A stretch of 63,927 nucleotides of DNA, the filler included, from Olpidium bornovanus S191 (taxonomy: Eukaryota > Fungi > Olpidiomycota): the NCBI GenBank assembly GCA_017911155.1. It is 30 parts of 30 records of this genome, joined end to end, with 100 filler letters (N's around TTAATTAATTAA, not from the genome) between each part and the next. Parts side by side here need not be neighbours in the genome. Positions count along the whole stretch, not along the records: positions 9,377 to 12,834 come from JAEFCI010008078.1; positions 12,935 to 14,165 come from JAEFCI010007384.1; positions 14,266 to 16,441 come from JAEFCI010011773.1; positions 16,542 to 19,000 come from JAEFCI010008670.1; positions 19,101 to 22,074 come from JAEFCI010003546.1; positions 22,175 to 23,674 come from JAEFCI010009187.1; positions 23,775 to 25,919 come from JAEFCI010003995.1; 23 more parts are not named here. The stretch is one strand, 5' to 3'. The notes below the pieces were generated by a model. It made no database searches and was not told the origin of the DNA. It saw nothing but the letters and a program-made list of their open reading frames with translations. Made by a program: the position numbers and the translations under genes. Below are positions 12,301 through 24,785 of this stretch, piece after piece. Every line of letters starts with the position of its first letter. Within the stretch, counting starts at the first letter, position 1.

Positions 12301-12735
12301 TCCCGGGCCGTCTTGCATCGTTCTTCGTCGTCGATGACGGTGTTGACGACACTGATCTGCCCTTCAAGACGGCTTTGGGTCGCCGAAATAGCCTACGGAC
12401 TTAAACTGGGGCTGTTGAATATCCCGCAAAACCCGCCAGCATCCTTTTTGCCTGACCTGCCCACAGGGTCACCGGAACGACAAAACGAGGGGCGGGTTTC
12501 CAAGAAAAAAAAAAAAAAAAAGAAAAAAAAGGTCCCCCGCCCACCCCACCTGTTTTCGCAACGCCACCTCGGGCGTCTGGCGAGCGTAAGACCACACGTT
12601 CCAGAGTTTCGCGGTGAAGTCCAGGCTGGTCGTGCATAGCAGCCGCATGTTGCGAGAAATCGAGCACGACAAAATGCCTCCGGTGTGGTGCATGTGTGCG
12701 CTGGCGTGCGGTTCCGCTTTCTTCCCGTCCCTGAA
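9377..12735 (-). CDS. Multi-exon WD40-repeat protein with a downstream ankyrin-like segment, partial
   Basis: WD40 blades HTGGILSCSIS..LLCTTSLDFTAKLWNV and VVTGSMDCTCRIW. Downstream exon ELRQLLAHGA...LLFNLIRQGGNVNG resembles ankyrin-repeat ends. Downstream exon boundaries are uncertain. Confidence 0.6.
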
Positions 12736-14266
12736 GTGAGAGGCGCAAAAACCCGGGCGGAGGCACCAAATCGCAAAAATCATGCCGGTTCAATAAATAA
12801 TTCGTGGCCGCCTCCTTTTTCCTACCCCACCTCCNNNNNNNNNNNNNNNNNNNNNNNNNNNNNNNNNNNNNNNNNNNNTTAATTAATTAANNNNNNNNNN
12901 NNNNNNNNNNNNNNNNNNNNNNNNNNNNNNNNNNAACCGAACGTGCGGATCAAACCGACCGAGTCTAAGGAAACTACGTCAACAATGGGACACAGTTACG
13001 GAAAGCTCGTCCGAAAAATCACGACATTCGGGTAGGAGCCGCCGTCGGCACAGCGCCCGCGCCTGTTCGCGCTCGCTTAAGCGGCGCTGCGCCTCGCGGC
13101 TGAAGTGGCAGAGGTGCCGACGGAGCGAAGGAGACGGGTAAGCGGCGACGAGCGCGCAGCTGATCGGGCAGATGCAGCACGCTCGGCCGGCACGGCAATT
13201 CACGCGGACCTCGCGGAACACGCAAAGCGCTCGCGCCCAAACTACCGGCAGACATCGCGAGACCGCCATGGTGTCTGTGGTCAGAGCATTTCCGCGCACA
13301 GCGAGCCCACCACTCTCAATCAGAGGTTGAAAGGGCGGCAGAGCCGCTGACAGGCATCGAAAGGGTCGTCGTGGAGCTGAATGGAGCGGCGCGCTGCGCG
13401 ACGACGACGAGCGATGGTAACAGGGCACATTGTTTGACAGCCGACCACCCCGAAACGAAATTAGCAAGCGCGGTGTCGACGGAAGGAGGGGGACGCACAC
13501 TGCTGCCGCAACGATGGATGCGAGCGCGGGCCGGTCGAACCGTGACTTAACCCCCGGCAGAGACGAGCACGGCTTTGAGAACCGCAAAAGTCAACGGCAC
13601 AACTGACGACTCAACGCCGGTCAGCGCACACACCGACTCCAGCAAACGGCGAGGAAACAGCGTGCCAGTGCTGTCAAAGTTTACAAAGATTAGTTCACGC
13701 GCATGCAGGATTGAGGACGAGCGAGATCGAACACGCTGATGGGAACGGTGCACGAGGCCCTACACCGCCAGACATAGCTTTTGTAATAAAATCGCTCGCA
13801 AGCCATATGTAAACATCAAACAACCGAGCACTACGAGTCCTACGATACGCATACGGGGCTCAGGATCTTCCACTCATGGCAAAACTAACATGGTAGAGCT
13901 CGCGTTGTTAAGTGTAAGTGCTGCGGCTGCCGTGGCGTGAACGTGTCCGGCCTCACAGCGGCGACCGCCACCCCCTCGGGCTCGCTGAGATTGGCTCCAA
14001 TTCGCCGAGCGGGCCGTTTATTCGTTCCGGGAACCAGGGCAAATCATGCTTAAGGCCCGTATAAGATCGTTCGTCCAAACCATCGTGGCGGACAACAGGT
14101 ATTTCCATAACTACCGGATGGCGGACAAGCGCATTGGAATCCGGCCGCACAGCAGGCGTCCAGGCNNNNNNNNNNNNNNNNNNNNNNNNNNNNNNNNNNN
14201 NNNNNNNNNTTAATTAATTAANNNNNNNNNNNNNNNNNNNNNNNNNNNNNNNNNNNNNNNNNNNNA

Positions 14267-15708
14267 CCCTGGAAATTGCGCAGCCAACGTTGTCATCAGG
14301 CCCGGCCCGGACGTGCCAGTGTCCCTGGCCGAGGTGTCGTCGGGAGGCGACGGGAATTTCGTTTTCAACAGCTACGCCGCCTACACTTTCCTGCTGAACG
14401 CCACCGTTCCGCCCGTCAACGACATGATGCCGGCGATGAAAGCGCTCGCGGACTTCCCGGCCGCCACGGCCACTGCGGAGCAGGTCGGCGCCTTGAAGCA
14501 GTTCATTGACTACGACATGGTGTATAAGACGGGGTCGGTCGAGTACCTCGCTGCTCATTGGGATTGCGCGTGGGAGAGCGCGAGCAACTACTTCCTCGCG
14601 TCCAGTACGTGTTCGTCGTGCTGTCCTCCGCATAGTGGTAGAAGGCGGCATTGCTGACGCCCCGCCCCCCCCCCCACCCCCGGACTTTTCTGCCAGTAAA
14701 CAAGGTGTGGTTCCCCATGTCGTCCGACTTCGGTGAGACACGCCTTTGCCGGCACGTTCCTCCGGTACGGGAAAACACGCGAAAAGAGGGGTGGGCCAAC
14801 GATCTCATCCGTCCGTCCGCGTCCCCGTCCCTCCAAAAAAACCTTTCGCGCAGACCAGACGTTCGGCCTGTTTTTGGAGCTGACGAACGGCTCGATGAAC
14901 GCGACGCTGGAAGGCTGGGCCCACGGGTCGCAGCGGATCGGGACTGGCGAGCGCCCGCTGTTCGACAAACCGCTGGCGAACCCGCAGATGCGCGTCGAGT
15001 TCCTAAACGTCCTCAAGGCCATCGTCCAGGGCGTCTTCCACGAGCTGGGCGTGCGCTCCAGGCTGCAGTCGCTGCACGATTTCCTCCGCGCCGACTTCGC
15101 CGACGACGCGAACACCGCGCTGAACCCCATCATCTCCACGGGGAAGAACTTCAACTGGACCGTCGAACACTTCGACGTCAGCTGGGACCAGGGCGCGATG
15201 GCGGCTAACCTGCCGTAAGCGTTTTTTTCCCCCCCGTGCCTATTCTGTTTTTTTTTTTTTTCTTTTCCTTTTTATCCCCTCGCGCTTTCCTCGGCCGAGC
15301 CGAAGTCCGCCTTACACTTGCGGCCTCGTGTTCCTTTTTTTATTTATTCTTTTTTTTTTTTTTTTTTATTTATTTTTTTTCGACGCTCCGCGCAGGTGCG
15401 ACGGCTGGGACTGCCGGTACGGCATCGTCTCCTACATTACCGAGAAGAGCGCGGCGGTGGCCGCCATGTACGGCTTCGCGTTCGAGAACACCTACGTCCC
15501 GCCGAAAGACGGCGAGTGGTACGGGGGCCAGAAGGCGGCGTTGGGCGCGCCCGCCGCCGCCGCCGCCGGAGGCTCCGGCCCGCTGGGAGGAGTGACGTCA
15601 AACGCCCCGACGGCGGCCGCCGCCGCCGCCGCCGCCGCCGCCGCTCGCGTGCCGCGGATCCTGCCCGTCGCCGCCGTCATCGCCGCCGCGGGCTCCGCGG
15701 TCTTCTGA
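14267..15708 (+). CDS. cotH: CotH kinase-family protein, C-terminal part with Ala-rich stalk and GPI-like signal
   Basis: FIDYDMVYKTGSVEYLAAHWDCAWESASNYFL, KVWFPMSSDF/DQTFG, RPLFDKPL, FNWTVEHF and YGIVSYITEK match Mucoromycota-type CotH. Ends in an Ala-rich spacer and hydrophobic tail ILPVAAVIAAAGSAVF*. Confidence 0.82.
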
Positions 15709-16640
15709 ACCCCGTCTCCCTCCTTTTTTTTTTTTTTTTTTTTTTTTTTCCCCGGGGCGACGCAGATCCGAACCATCTGAGCGTGCCCGCCGACGACGCG
15801 CTTTCGGACTCGAGCCGCGACTCATTTTCTCAAACGGTCGTTCCCCGTGCGCCCGGTCGCGGGGCGCCCGCGGGGAAAACAAAAATTCTCCGCGCTCAAC
15901 CCCCCGCCCTCTTCACACGCACGCTCCCCACTTTCCCGCCATTCCGAAAAGTTTCCACGTCGCAAACGTACGAATTTTCCTCCGAATAACCCGTCTCCTA
16001 CCCACCCAATTCCCCTCCCCCAACAAACTCCCCCTTTCTCCACGCCAGAAAATCCGCACCGCCCATGTCACCCGTCTTTTCTTTGTCTGTCATTTACCCA
16101 GGAATCCCCGTTCACTCCCACACGCTGACAACGTGCACCGCACGCTCAGCCCAACCCCGCCCTACGACTCATTGTCCAGGAACCATCCCGTCCCCCGACA
16201 CGTCGCTACAAGGACTGTCTCGGGGACTTGGCCATTTTTGCCCCTCTCTGCACGATCATTCTGTTTGTTAGAGCAACGTCCGAAATCCTTCGGGGATTCA
16301 TCCTCTGCAGCACCCCGTGCCGCACACCAGGCGCAAAAGCGCGGGTTCTTCCGGTGCTGGTGCGCGATGTTCCGCGATTATTGCTTAAACGACCTTTGAA
16401 TCAACAAAAAAAAATGGACCCCGGCTCGTCAGGCGTGCATGNNNNNNNNNNNNNNNNNNNNNNNNNNNNNNNNNNNNNNNNNNNNTTAATTAATTAANNN
16501 NNNNNNNNNNNNNNNNNNNNNNNNNNNNNNNNNNNNNNNNNCATGTATGCCGCCATATTTTTTTTGGTGATTTCCAAGCTTTCCGGTTGTTTTACGCTTG
16601 GAGGAAAGATGAACTCTATTTTTGCCAACTCTGCTGCAGC

Positions 16641-17124
16641 CAACTACGTCGAGCTCATAAACAGCGATGTATCGCCGGACAAACAGGGGCCTGTTGATTT
16701 GCCGTCAGCGGCCGCCTCTGCCACAGCTCCCGAGCGCAACCAGGAACACGCCGAGCACCTGGCCCCGCCGGCAGCAGGCCCAGCCCTCACAGCGACGGCC
16801 GCGTACGACTACACCGCTGACGAGGACAACGAACTGACCTTCCGGGAGGGCGACCTCATTGTCAACGTGCGCATGACCACCGAGGACTGGTGGGAGGGCG
16901 AGACGCGAGACGGTCGAAGCGGCCTGTTTCCTGGTGGGTGTCTTTACTTTGTTTGTGGGATCTAGGGAACGCAGCATGTATTTTCTTTTGAGGAGGGAAT
17001 CGAAAGACGCAATTGATTGGGTTTGGAAGGCGAGAACGGAGCGATTGAAACTGACCCGTGTTCCGCGCGTGTTGTCGTTTGTCAACTGCCGCGCGCAGCC
17101 AATTACGTCGAGCTCAATAAGTGA
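16641..17124 (+). CDS. C-terminal tandem SH3 domains (Abp1/drebrin-like candidate)
   Basis: End of one SH3 (ANYVELI), a linker, then ATAAYDYTADEDNELTFREGDLIVNVRMTTEDWWEGETRDGRSGLFP, intron, ANYVELNK* (last exon about 17099-17124). Confidence 0.8.
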
Positions 17125-18111
17125 CGCGTACGAGCGTTTACCGCGACTGCTCTCGATGTGCGTTTCCAGCAATATTGAAAGACAGGCAAGCTCAACCAAA
17201 AGCCCCTTATCATTCTATTTTCGTTAAACCTGTGAATGGTTTTTTTAAATAGATTCAATATCGAGCTATTTTGTGCTTGCACATGCAGATTCAAACTGGT
17301 GTATTTTCCACATGCAGATTCAAAATGGTTTCTTTTTCCCTTCCAACTTCTGAAATGTCGTTTGTGTTTCCGAAAACGTCAATGTAATATCGAAACAGGT
17401 TCTTGCATTGATCGGCGCGTTGGCTTCCCGGTGTCCGTTCGCGATCTCCAGCCACCGGCAAGGTGGGCGGGAAATCACGAATCTTTCTCCCCGCAAGTGG
17501 CCAGCATTATTAACCCAGCAGTCTTCGTGATCCAGATGTATGAGGTGTATGGGCCGGTGCATAACCTGGGCGGAGGAGCGAAGAATGAGTTCCAGCGCTT
17601 TCAGCGAGATCCAGGTGCAGCAGCGCACCCTGCACAGACGCGCCTTTCGTTCGCAGCAGCCTGGACACCAACCAACCCCCTTCATTTTGTCCGCGTGCCT
17701 TCGGCTGGTGAATACTTCAGGGAGCAGGTTTGTACCTTTTGCACTCCGGGAAGAGAATGACAGCCAAGACCGTCGTCTGCTAGCATCTCCCCGCAGGGTA
17801 AACCTAAGCTTGCAGGTGAAGTCGGGCATTTATTCAATACTAGGGATGATGTCTATGAGCGTTATACAGTGCTCAACTTTCCGTTGATGTTACGCAGGTT
17901 GGACAGCAGTTTTGATGGCGGATACGGCACTTTAATGGTGGAGCTCGCCAAAAGGATTGAACGAAAGGAACGGGGAACGGGGCCGGTTCACGCCGTGCGG
18001 CCGTCTCAGCGTCCCTTTTCAGCAGAGCGGAGGAGGGGGAGGGGGCTTTAAGGGGTGGGGGGGAGGGGGGGGGAGGGAAGGGCTTAAGGGGAGGGGGAGA
18101 ACAGTGCGGCA

Positions 18112-18888
18112 GTGCCCCCCCCCCCGGCCCCGGGGCAAACGGGGCCCCCCCTGCCCGCATTTTCGCCCTCTTCGCCCGCCGGAGTTGCCTCCGCTGCACC
18201 CGTCCCGGCTGCAATCTCGCCGCTGTTCTCTCCTAGTCCCCCCGGAGCGTCCTCGCCCTGTTGTGCCGGCCTGCGGGACCCTCTGCCCTTGCTCTCTGCT
18301 CCCCGGTCCCCGTTGAACAAGGAGGAAACAAGGCTCCCTACGCTTGCCCTATTCAGCTCGCGCGGACGAAGGGGACTTGGTATGGCCGGCCAGAGGTAAG
18401 CTGAAAACGACGCGGAAACGACACGACAAGGCGCGCGGAACGCCCCCAGCCGTGTGTGGCATGCGGGGAGGGAGACGCGGTGCTGCGCCGTGCCTTACTT
18501 TGTTTCGGCCGTGCCCGCAGTATCTCGCGTGTATCTTGACGTGCTCTCCCCTCTCCCCCTCCCCCCCCCTCCTCCCCTTTTTTTTCCGTCCAACGCCCCG
18601 ATCCAGCGGTGCGCAGAGCGAGTCAGCTCTCAGCGTCGAACCTTTTCATGTTGGGTCCCACCTGTCGAGCGTGTGGCAGACGGTAAAGCGCGTTGCGAAG
18701 GACTCCCCGTCGGATTTTGAAGAAGCCAAGTGCTAATCCGTGTCTTCGATCTGATCACGCGTGACACGCGGTATTTTTTCAGTCCAAAGTGTTCGTTGAA
18801 CGCGAACTGGGCGAAATCACGAAACAGTATTTCTGGATGACTGAGGATGAAATCCGGACCGGCCTGGACCTTCTGGACGGATCGGAGG
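18112..18888 (+). CDS. Hypothetical protein, N-terminal exons
   Basis: Exon-like blocks bounded by AG/GT: ALSVEPFHVGSHLSSVWQTVKRVAKDSPSDFEEAK and SKVFVERELGEITKQYFWMTEDEIRTGLDLLDGSE. No family recognised. Confidence 0.35.
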
Positions 18889-19100
18889 TATGCTGACCGG
18901 CTCTGCAGTTTTAACGAACCAGACCCGCAGGGTAGTCTCATGCGCGTAACTTGCCCCAAAAAGTCGTTGTTCGCGCTGAAGGTTCGCCAACACAGGTGGG
19001 NNNNNNNNNNNNNNNNNNNNNNNNNNNNNNNNNNNNNNNNNNNNTTAATTAATTAANNNNNNNNNNNNNNNNNNNNNNNNNNNNNNNNNNNNNNNNNNNN

Positions 19101-21669
19101 AAGAAGCAGATTGCTTGGGCGACGTATATCGGCCTTTCCACTCTTCTCTTTCCACTGCCGATGGGAGAGGAGCCCATAGCGAACTACGTTCGCTGCTTGA
19201 ACACTCATCTTCCGACCATGGGTTACACGCAAGTTTGGATCAGGGTTCCCCTGCTCCCAGCCGAGCAATCAACGAGGGCCGTGCAGCAGGGGCAAACGCC
19301 TTATCATTTTGACAAGCGCGCCGAGAACGCTTCCTGGGAGCGTTGGAACTTTGCGCGGCTTATGTGCGAGCACTCCGCAAAGCTTCGCGTCGGTAAGAAC
19401 AGTGCGCTTTACGCCCTCGGGTTCGACGGCGTTTTCAAGTGCGGTGTTGCCGGAACTAAGGCTGACCATGGCCTCCCCCGTATAGCACTGGAAATCACGA
19501 GGGATCTGCCGGCACCCGCAATTATTGATCGATGGTTTGCCGAACCGCTCGCTGCCGCACTGGTTCCAACCGACATTTTTGACATGGATAAACGCGGCTA
19601 CCCGTTACTGAGCAGGAGGCATCAGTCTGTCATCAAGCGATTGATACAAGTACGTGGTACTTCGATGAGGTTGTTTGCCGGGGAAATTTAAACATTGCCT
19701 GTCTGGTTGTTGAGCGCAGTTTGTGGCGTCGCCCTCGAATTAGCACGGGTGCCAGGTCGTGATCGCCTGCTCGGACGGCGATTCGCCGCTCCCGACGCAC
19801 CCGTTCGGGCCCTCCTGCTATGCAGATTACATCCGGCGCCTCGCCGGTACCCTCCCGCCTCCCTCCGTGGTCGAGACGTTCGCAACGGGCTACCAAGACT
19901 ACCTACAAGCCCCGTTGCAGCCGCTGGCGGATAACTTGGAGGCCGCGACGTACGCGACGTTTGAAAAGGACCCTGTCAAGTACGAGCGGTACGAGGAGGC
20001 CGTGCGGCGCGCGCTGCTAGACCGCGTCTGCGAGTCCGACGCGCTGGCCGGCAAGGTCACAACCGTTATGGTCGTCGGTGCCGGGGCGAAGGGCCCCCTG
20101 GTTAACTGCTGCATCCGCGCAAGCGCGAAATCCGGAAGAAAAATCAAGGTGCACGCTTTGGAAAAGAACCCCAATTCGCTGGTGACGTACGTGTACGAGG
20201 CCTATGGTGCGCCGCAGCTTTCTTTGTTTGTTTGTGTTTTTTCCCTTCGTTTGCCAGGGCGTATATGCCGCCTTTTTTCCTGCGGAATACGGCTGTCGCG
20301 CATGCCTCAAACCGGCGTATGCGTTGCTCAGTCTTCAGCAGATGAAAGAGGACGTCTGGTTTGATCAGGTGTCTATCGTCCATGCCGACATGAGGTCCTG
20401 GGAGGCGCCGGAGAAGGTACGGTCGTCCGCAATTCGTTACCTTTTGTCGCCCGTCGCCCGGGGCTGGTGTTTACGGAGAAGTTCCCGTCCAGGCCGACGT
20501 CCTCGTCAGCGAGCTGTTGGGCTCCCTCGGCGACAACGAGTTGAGTCCCGAATGCTTAGACGGTGCGCAGAAGTTCCTCAAAGGTAAATATAAAAAAGCC
20601 GCAATTTCTGACCGAGGGTCCGTTACCGCCGAACCGAGTGGCCGATTTTTGATTTTTCCGCATTCCCGAACCCAACCCGGCCCGTCGCGGGTTCCAAAGA
20701 CGACGGCATATGCATCCCCGCTTCCTACACCGCCTACATCGCCCCGCTCTCCTCCGCCAAGCTGTACAGCGAGGCGGCGGCTTACAAGAACCAGCTCCAC
20801 CTGGAGACGCCTTACGTCGTCATGTTCAAAAACGTTGACCACGTCGCCGAGCCCCAGAGGTGTTGGGCCTTCCACCACCCAAACTGGGTCGAGGTCGGGG
20901 ACCGACCTCCTCCAGGTAAAGCTCCTCCCGCCTGCTCGTTCCGATTGCGATGTCGGATAAACAGCGTAGCCTGGTCACGGTAATCAGTTCCCTCATCAAA
21001 CGAATCATTTTTCAGACAATTTGCACAACACGAGGTACTGCCACCTCACGTTCTCCTCGGCCCACGGCGCGATGCTTCACGGCCTGGCCGGGTATTTTGA
21101 ATCTGTGCTCTACCAAGACGTGATGTTGAGTACGTACGCTCCCCGTTTTTTTTTACCCTAAATCGTTGCGCAATCTCGGTTTCGAGAACGTTAGGGCCGG
21201 TTGTTTCCCCTTTCCCCACCCCGCCCTTTTGAAAATTCTGTTTCCGTCGGTCTAAGAACGGTTTTGTTTTTTCGTCCCATTTAGGCACGCTGCCGAGCAC
21301 GCACTCGCCGGGAATGTTCAGCTGGTTCCCGCTGTTTTTCCCACTGAAGGCACGTCCGGGCCAGGTTGCGCGGGCTATCCGCACGAGGCGCCCTTTTCTT
21401 TTTTTTATTTTTTTTTTAATTTTTGCTTTCGGGTTCGCGGGGGGAATGCTGATTATTTCTTCCCGACGGATTTTTCTTTTCCTCCTGCGCAGAACCCGCT
21501 GCACGTACCCGCCGAGAGCACGGTCGACGTCCACCTCTGGCGGCTGACGGACGCCAGGAAGGTCTGGTACGAGTGGTCGGCGGCCGTGTCTCGCCCCGAG
21601 GACGGGACGTTCCTGTCCGCTTGCGGGATCAGCAACGCGGGCGGGCGGTCTTCTTGGATCGGCTTGTGA
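19101..21669 (+). CDS. PRMT5: Type II protein arginine methyltransferase PRMT5/Skb1/Hsl7, 5' truncated
   Basis: [79 protein letters not shown] and VWYEW; stop at 21667-21669. Confidence 0.96.
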
Positions 21670-22174
21670 AAACGGCGGGAAGGTTTTTGAGCCGAGGCTC
21701 TTTTCTCCCCCCCTCTCTCTCTCACACACGCTCGTCCTCGAGTGGGTGTCACTCACCCCCTCACCCACCCAGCACGGTGTCCATAATCGTGTATCTCGGA
21801 TCCTCCGCGGATTTTCACGCCCTTATTGTTTCGGGCGAAAAAACAACCCCTTGACCTACAGGGGCCCGCCTCTCTTTTTTTTGAGAAAAAGGGAGAGAGA
21901 AGGGAGGGGGAAAGGGGGGGTGAATGTTGAAACGCAGCCTGAAACACAGCCTGAGCCCACCGGGTTTCACCCCCTGAAACCACCTGTACAAAACCGGGCA
22001 GAAAAGCGGAATAGAGAAGCTCTTCGGAGCTGCCTTCGACCCCGAATCAACAGTGAGAGGGGAGGAAGAGCATGNNNNNNNNNNNNNNNNNNNNNNNNNN
22101 NNNNNNNNNNNNNNNNNNTTAATTAATTAANNNNNNNNNNNNNNNNNNNNNNNNNNNNNNNNNNNNNNNNNNNN

Positions 22175-23442
22175 CATGTCGTCCTTAAAGCCGATATCAA
22201 GCATCTGGTCGCATTCGTCCAGGGTCAAAAAGCGGAGATTTCGCAGCTTCAACGAACCGCGTTCGAGATGGTCGGTGATGCGGCCAGGCGTCCCGACAAT
22301 AATGTCAACGCCGTTCCGCAAGGCGGTATCTGCCGGAAAAAAACAATGAATGAAAGTAGACGAGTCAGCCGCGGAAAAGGGCAACAAGGCGTTGGAACCA
22401 AACCAAAGCGGCACGAGAAAGCAAAAACTAACACTGCGCTTGGTAGGGAGTACCGCCGTAGAAGCACTCGACCTGCAAAACGGAAGTCAGGGTCTGGAAC
22501 TCTTCCGCCACTTGCTTCGCCAACTCCCGCGTCGGCGCTGCAAATAGGAGCGAGAGGGGAAAAGGATCGATCGGGCCACGCAATAGGAGAAGACGTGAGC
22601 ACAAACATGAACACCAGAGCCGCACCTGCGGTCAATCCGGTAAATCGGGCCCGGATATAATTATTTTTACCAAGGACGAGGACCCTGGGGCCGTTCCTCG
22701 GGATTTTCGGACTTCCTTCGGCGAGGAGCCTTTCGATCATGGGCAAAGCGAAAGCCAGCGTCTTTCCCGTGCCGGTGCGCGCGCGGCCGACGAGGTCCTT
22801 GCCGTCGAAGATCGGGTTGAACGTCTTGGCCTGGATCGGAAACAACGAGGACACCCCGCGGTCCTGCAGCTTCTTGACGGTCGGGGCGCTGATGCGGTAC
22901 GACGTGACGAGGAGCTCCGAGTCCTCCACGGGCGTCTCGTCCTGCACGCCCGCCATGGAGACCGGCGCAGGGCCGGCGGACCCGGCGGGTTTGGCGGCAT
23001 CCTCGCTTCCGGCAGGCTCGCCCTCGGTTTTCCGCTTTTTGCGCTTCGGGGGTTCTCCAGCCTCGTCGGCGGCGGCGGCGGCGGCGGCGGGGCGGCCGTC
23101 CGACACGGGGGCGCTCTCCTCGGCGGACCTCTTCTTCTTCTTTTCCTTTCTCTTCTTCTCCTTCCCGGTCCCCTCGGCCTTTTCGGGCTCCCCGGCGACG
23201 CCGTCCTTCGCGCCGCCGCGGCGCTTCTCTTTCTTCCGACGGCCCGCCTCCGCCTCCGCCTCCTCCTTCGACGGCGACGACGAAGGCGGCGGTGGCGGGC
23301 CGTCCGCCGCGGCGGTCGCGGCGTCCCGTTTCTTCGACTTCTTTCCCGCGCCGGCGGCCGCGTTCTTGGACTTGTCCCTCTTTGGCGGCTTCTCCGGCGA
23401 CGCGCCGGCGGCCGCGGCGGCTTCGAGCTTCCTGCTGGGCAT
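22175..23442 (-). CDS. DDX21: DEAD-box RNA helicase, DDX21/DDX50-like, N-terminal half
   Basis: Lys-rich N-terminus; [56 protein letters not shown] and [14 protein letters not shown]. Confidence 0.9.
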
Positions 23443-23774
23443 GGCGGGAGGGGAAGCGGTGGGAATCGGGGGAGGGAGGGGCGCAAGCAAGGCGTCCAAA
23501 AAAAAGCCGGCTCGCGGCGGCCGAGGGCAGGGGGGATCGGGGCGGGCGGAAGAGGGGAAGGAGCGGCGAAGGTTTTTCTTTCTTGTTCGCCCGTCTATTT
23601 TTTTTTTTGTTTGTTTTGTTTGTTTTGTTTGTTTGGTTTGTTTAGTTTGTTTGGTGCGGGTGCCGCCCTGCCGCNNNNNNNNNNNNNNNNNNNNNNNNNN
23701 NNNNNNNNNNNNNNNNNNTTAATTAATTAANNNNNNNNNNNNNNNNNNNNNNNNNNNNNNNNNNNNNNNNNNNN

Positions 23775-23819
<45 letters not shown>

Positions 23820-23990
23820 CCAAACAACACAACCCCCCCCCCAAACCCCCCCCCCCCTTCCCTCTTCCGTTCCTCCTTTTCCCGCCCCGTATAGAAGGAC
23901 AACAAACACACACACACACACACACACACGCCGCGAAAAGAGGACGAGGACGAGGACGACGAGGAGCTCGGCGGCGGCGGCGGCGGCGGC
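23775..23990. repeat. Low-complexity block: poly-A, poly-C, (CA)n, GAC/GGC triplets
   Basis: Directly visible simple repeats at the contig start. Confidence 0.85.
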
Positions 23991-24785
23991 AGCCACACAA
24001 CCCGCGCACCCCCATCCCAAAGAGAGAGGCGGCACGCCGCACACACCCTCTCCCCCAAAGCGCACCCCCGAACCTCGCGCTCCGCCCGCGCGCTGCGGGG
24101 AGCGCACGCGCGGAAGAAGCGCCTTTCCCGGCGGCATCCAGTACCGCCAGAGGCAGAGACAGAGACAGAGACAGAGAGGGAGAGGCGTCGGGCCTGGTTC
24201 ACCGAGGGCAGAGTACTGCTCGGAGCGAAACCGTTTTGGTGCGTAACGGACAAAGCGCTGCTGCAAACAGTGCGCCGCCTCTCGCCCACCCCCCCCCCCC
24301 CCCCTCCCCCTTTTTCCGCTCCCCACCGGCCGCGTTTCCCGCGTGTCCGGACGCTTGCCGTTCCCGCGCACCCCGCAGGCAGCCCTGGCAGAACGCGCTC
24401 CCGGGCGCAGGTACCCGCGGGCGGCCGGAACGACCTTCCTCGCGTGGGAGGGGAGAAAGGGGGAGGCGCCGACTGCGTATTCGGGAACGAACGCCGTCAA
24501 ATCCCGCGGTTCTTCCAGAGAAGCTTCCTCACAATCTTCGTTATGTGTCCTATCCCCCTTCTGCCGCGTGCTGGGAACACAGGCTGTTTCCTGTTTCACA
24601 GGCACTGCAAGAGAGTCTGACCGAGTCCAGTCGGCGCACCACGAGGGTTGGTTGCGATAAGAGGGTGCGTGCTCCGGTCGAAACTGCCTGCCTTTCGCCG
24701 ACGCCCGACTAACATGGCCCGTTTGTCTGCGCGACTGATACAGCCCGCCTACCTGCAGACAGATTTGTTCTATTTTGACCGGCAA

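Noticed and set aside
12979-13587. Cys-rich 202-aa ORF suggesting a RING or U-box
   Set aside because: Cys/His spacing does not fit a canonical finger, and alternative frames are equally open.
17236-17950. Overlapping ORFs on both strands downstream of the SH3 gene
   Set aside because: No conserved motif; may be decayed repeat or intergenic DNA.
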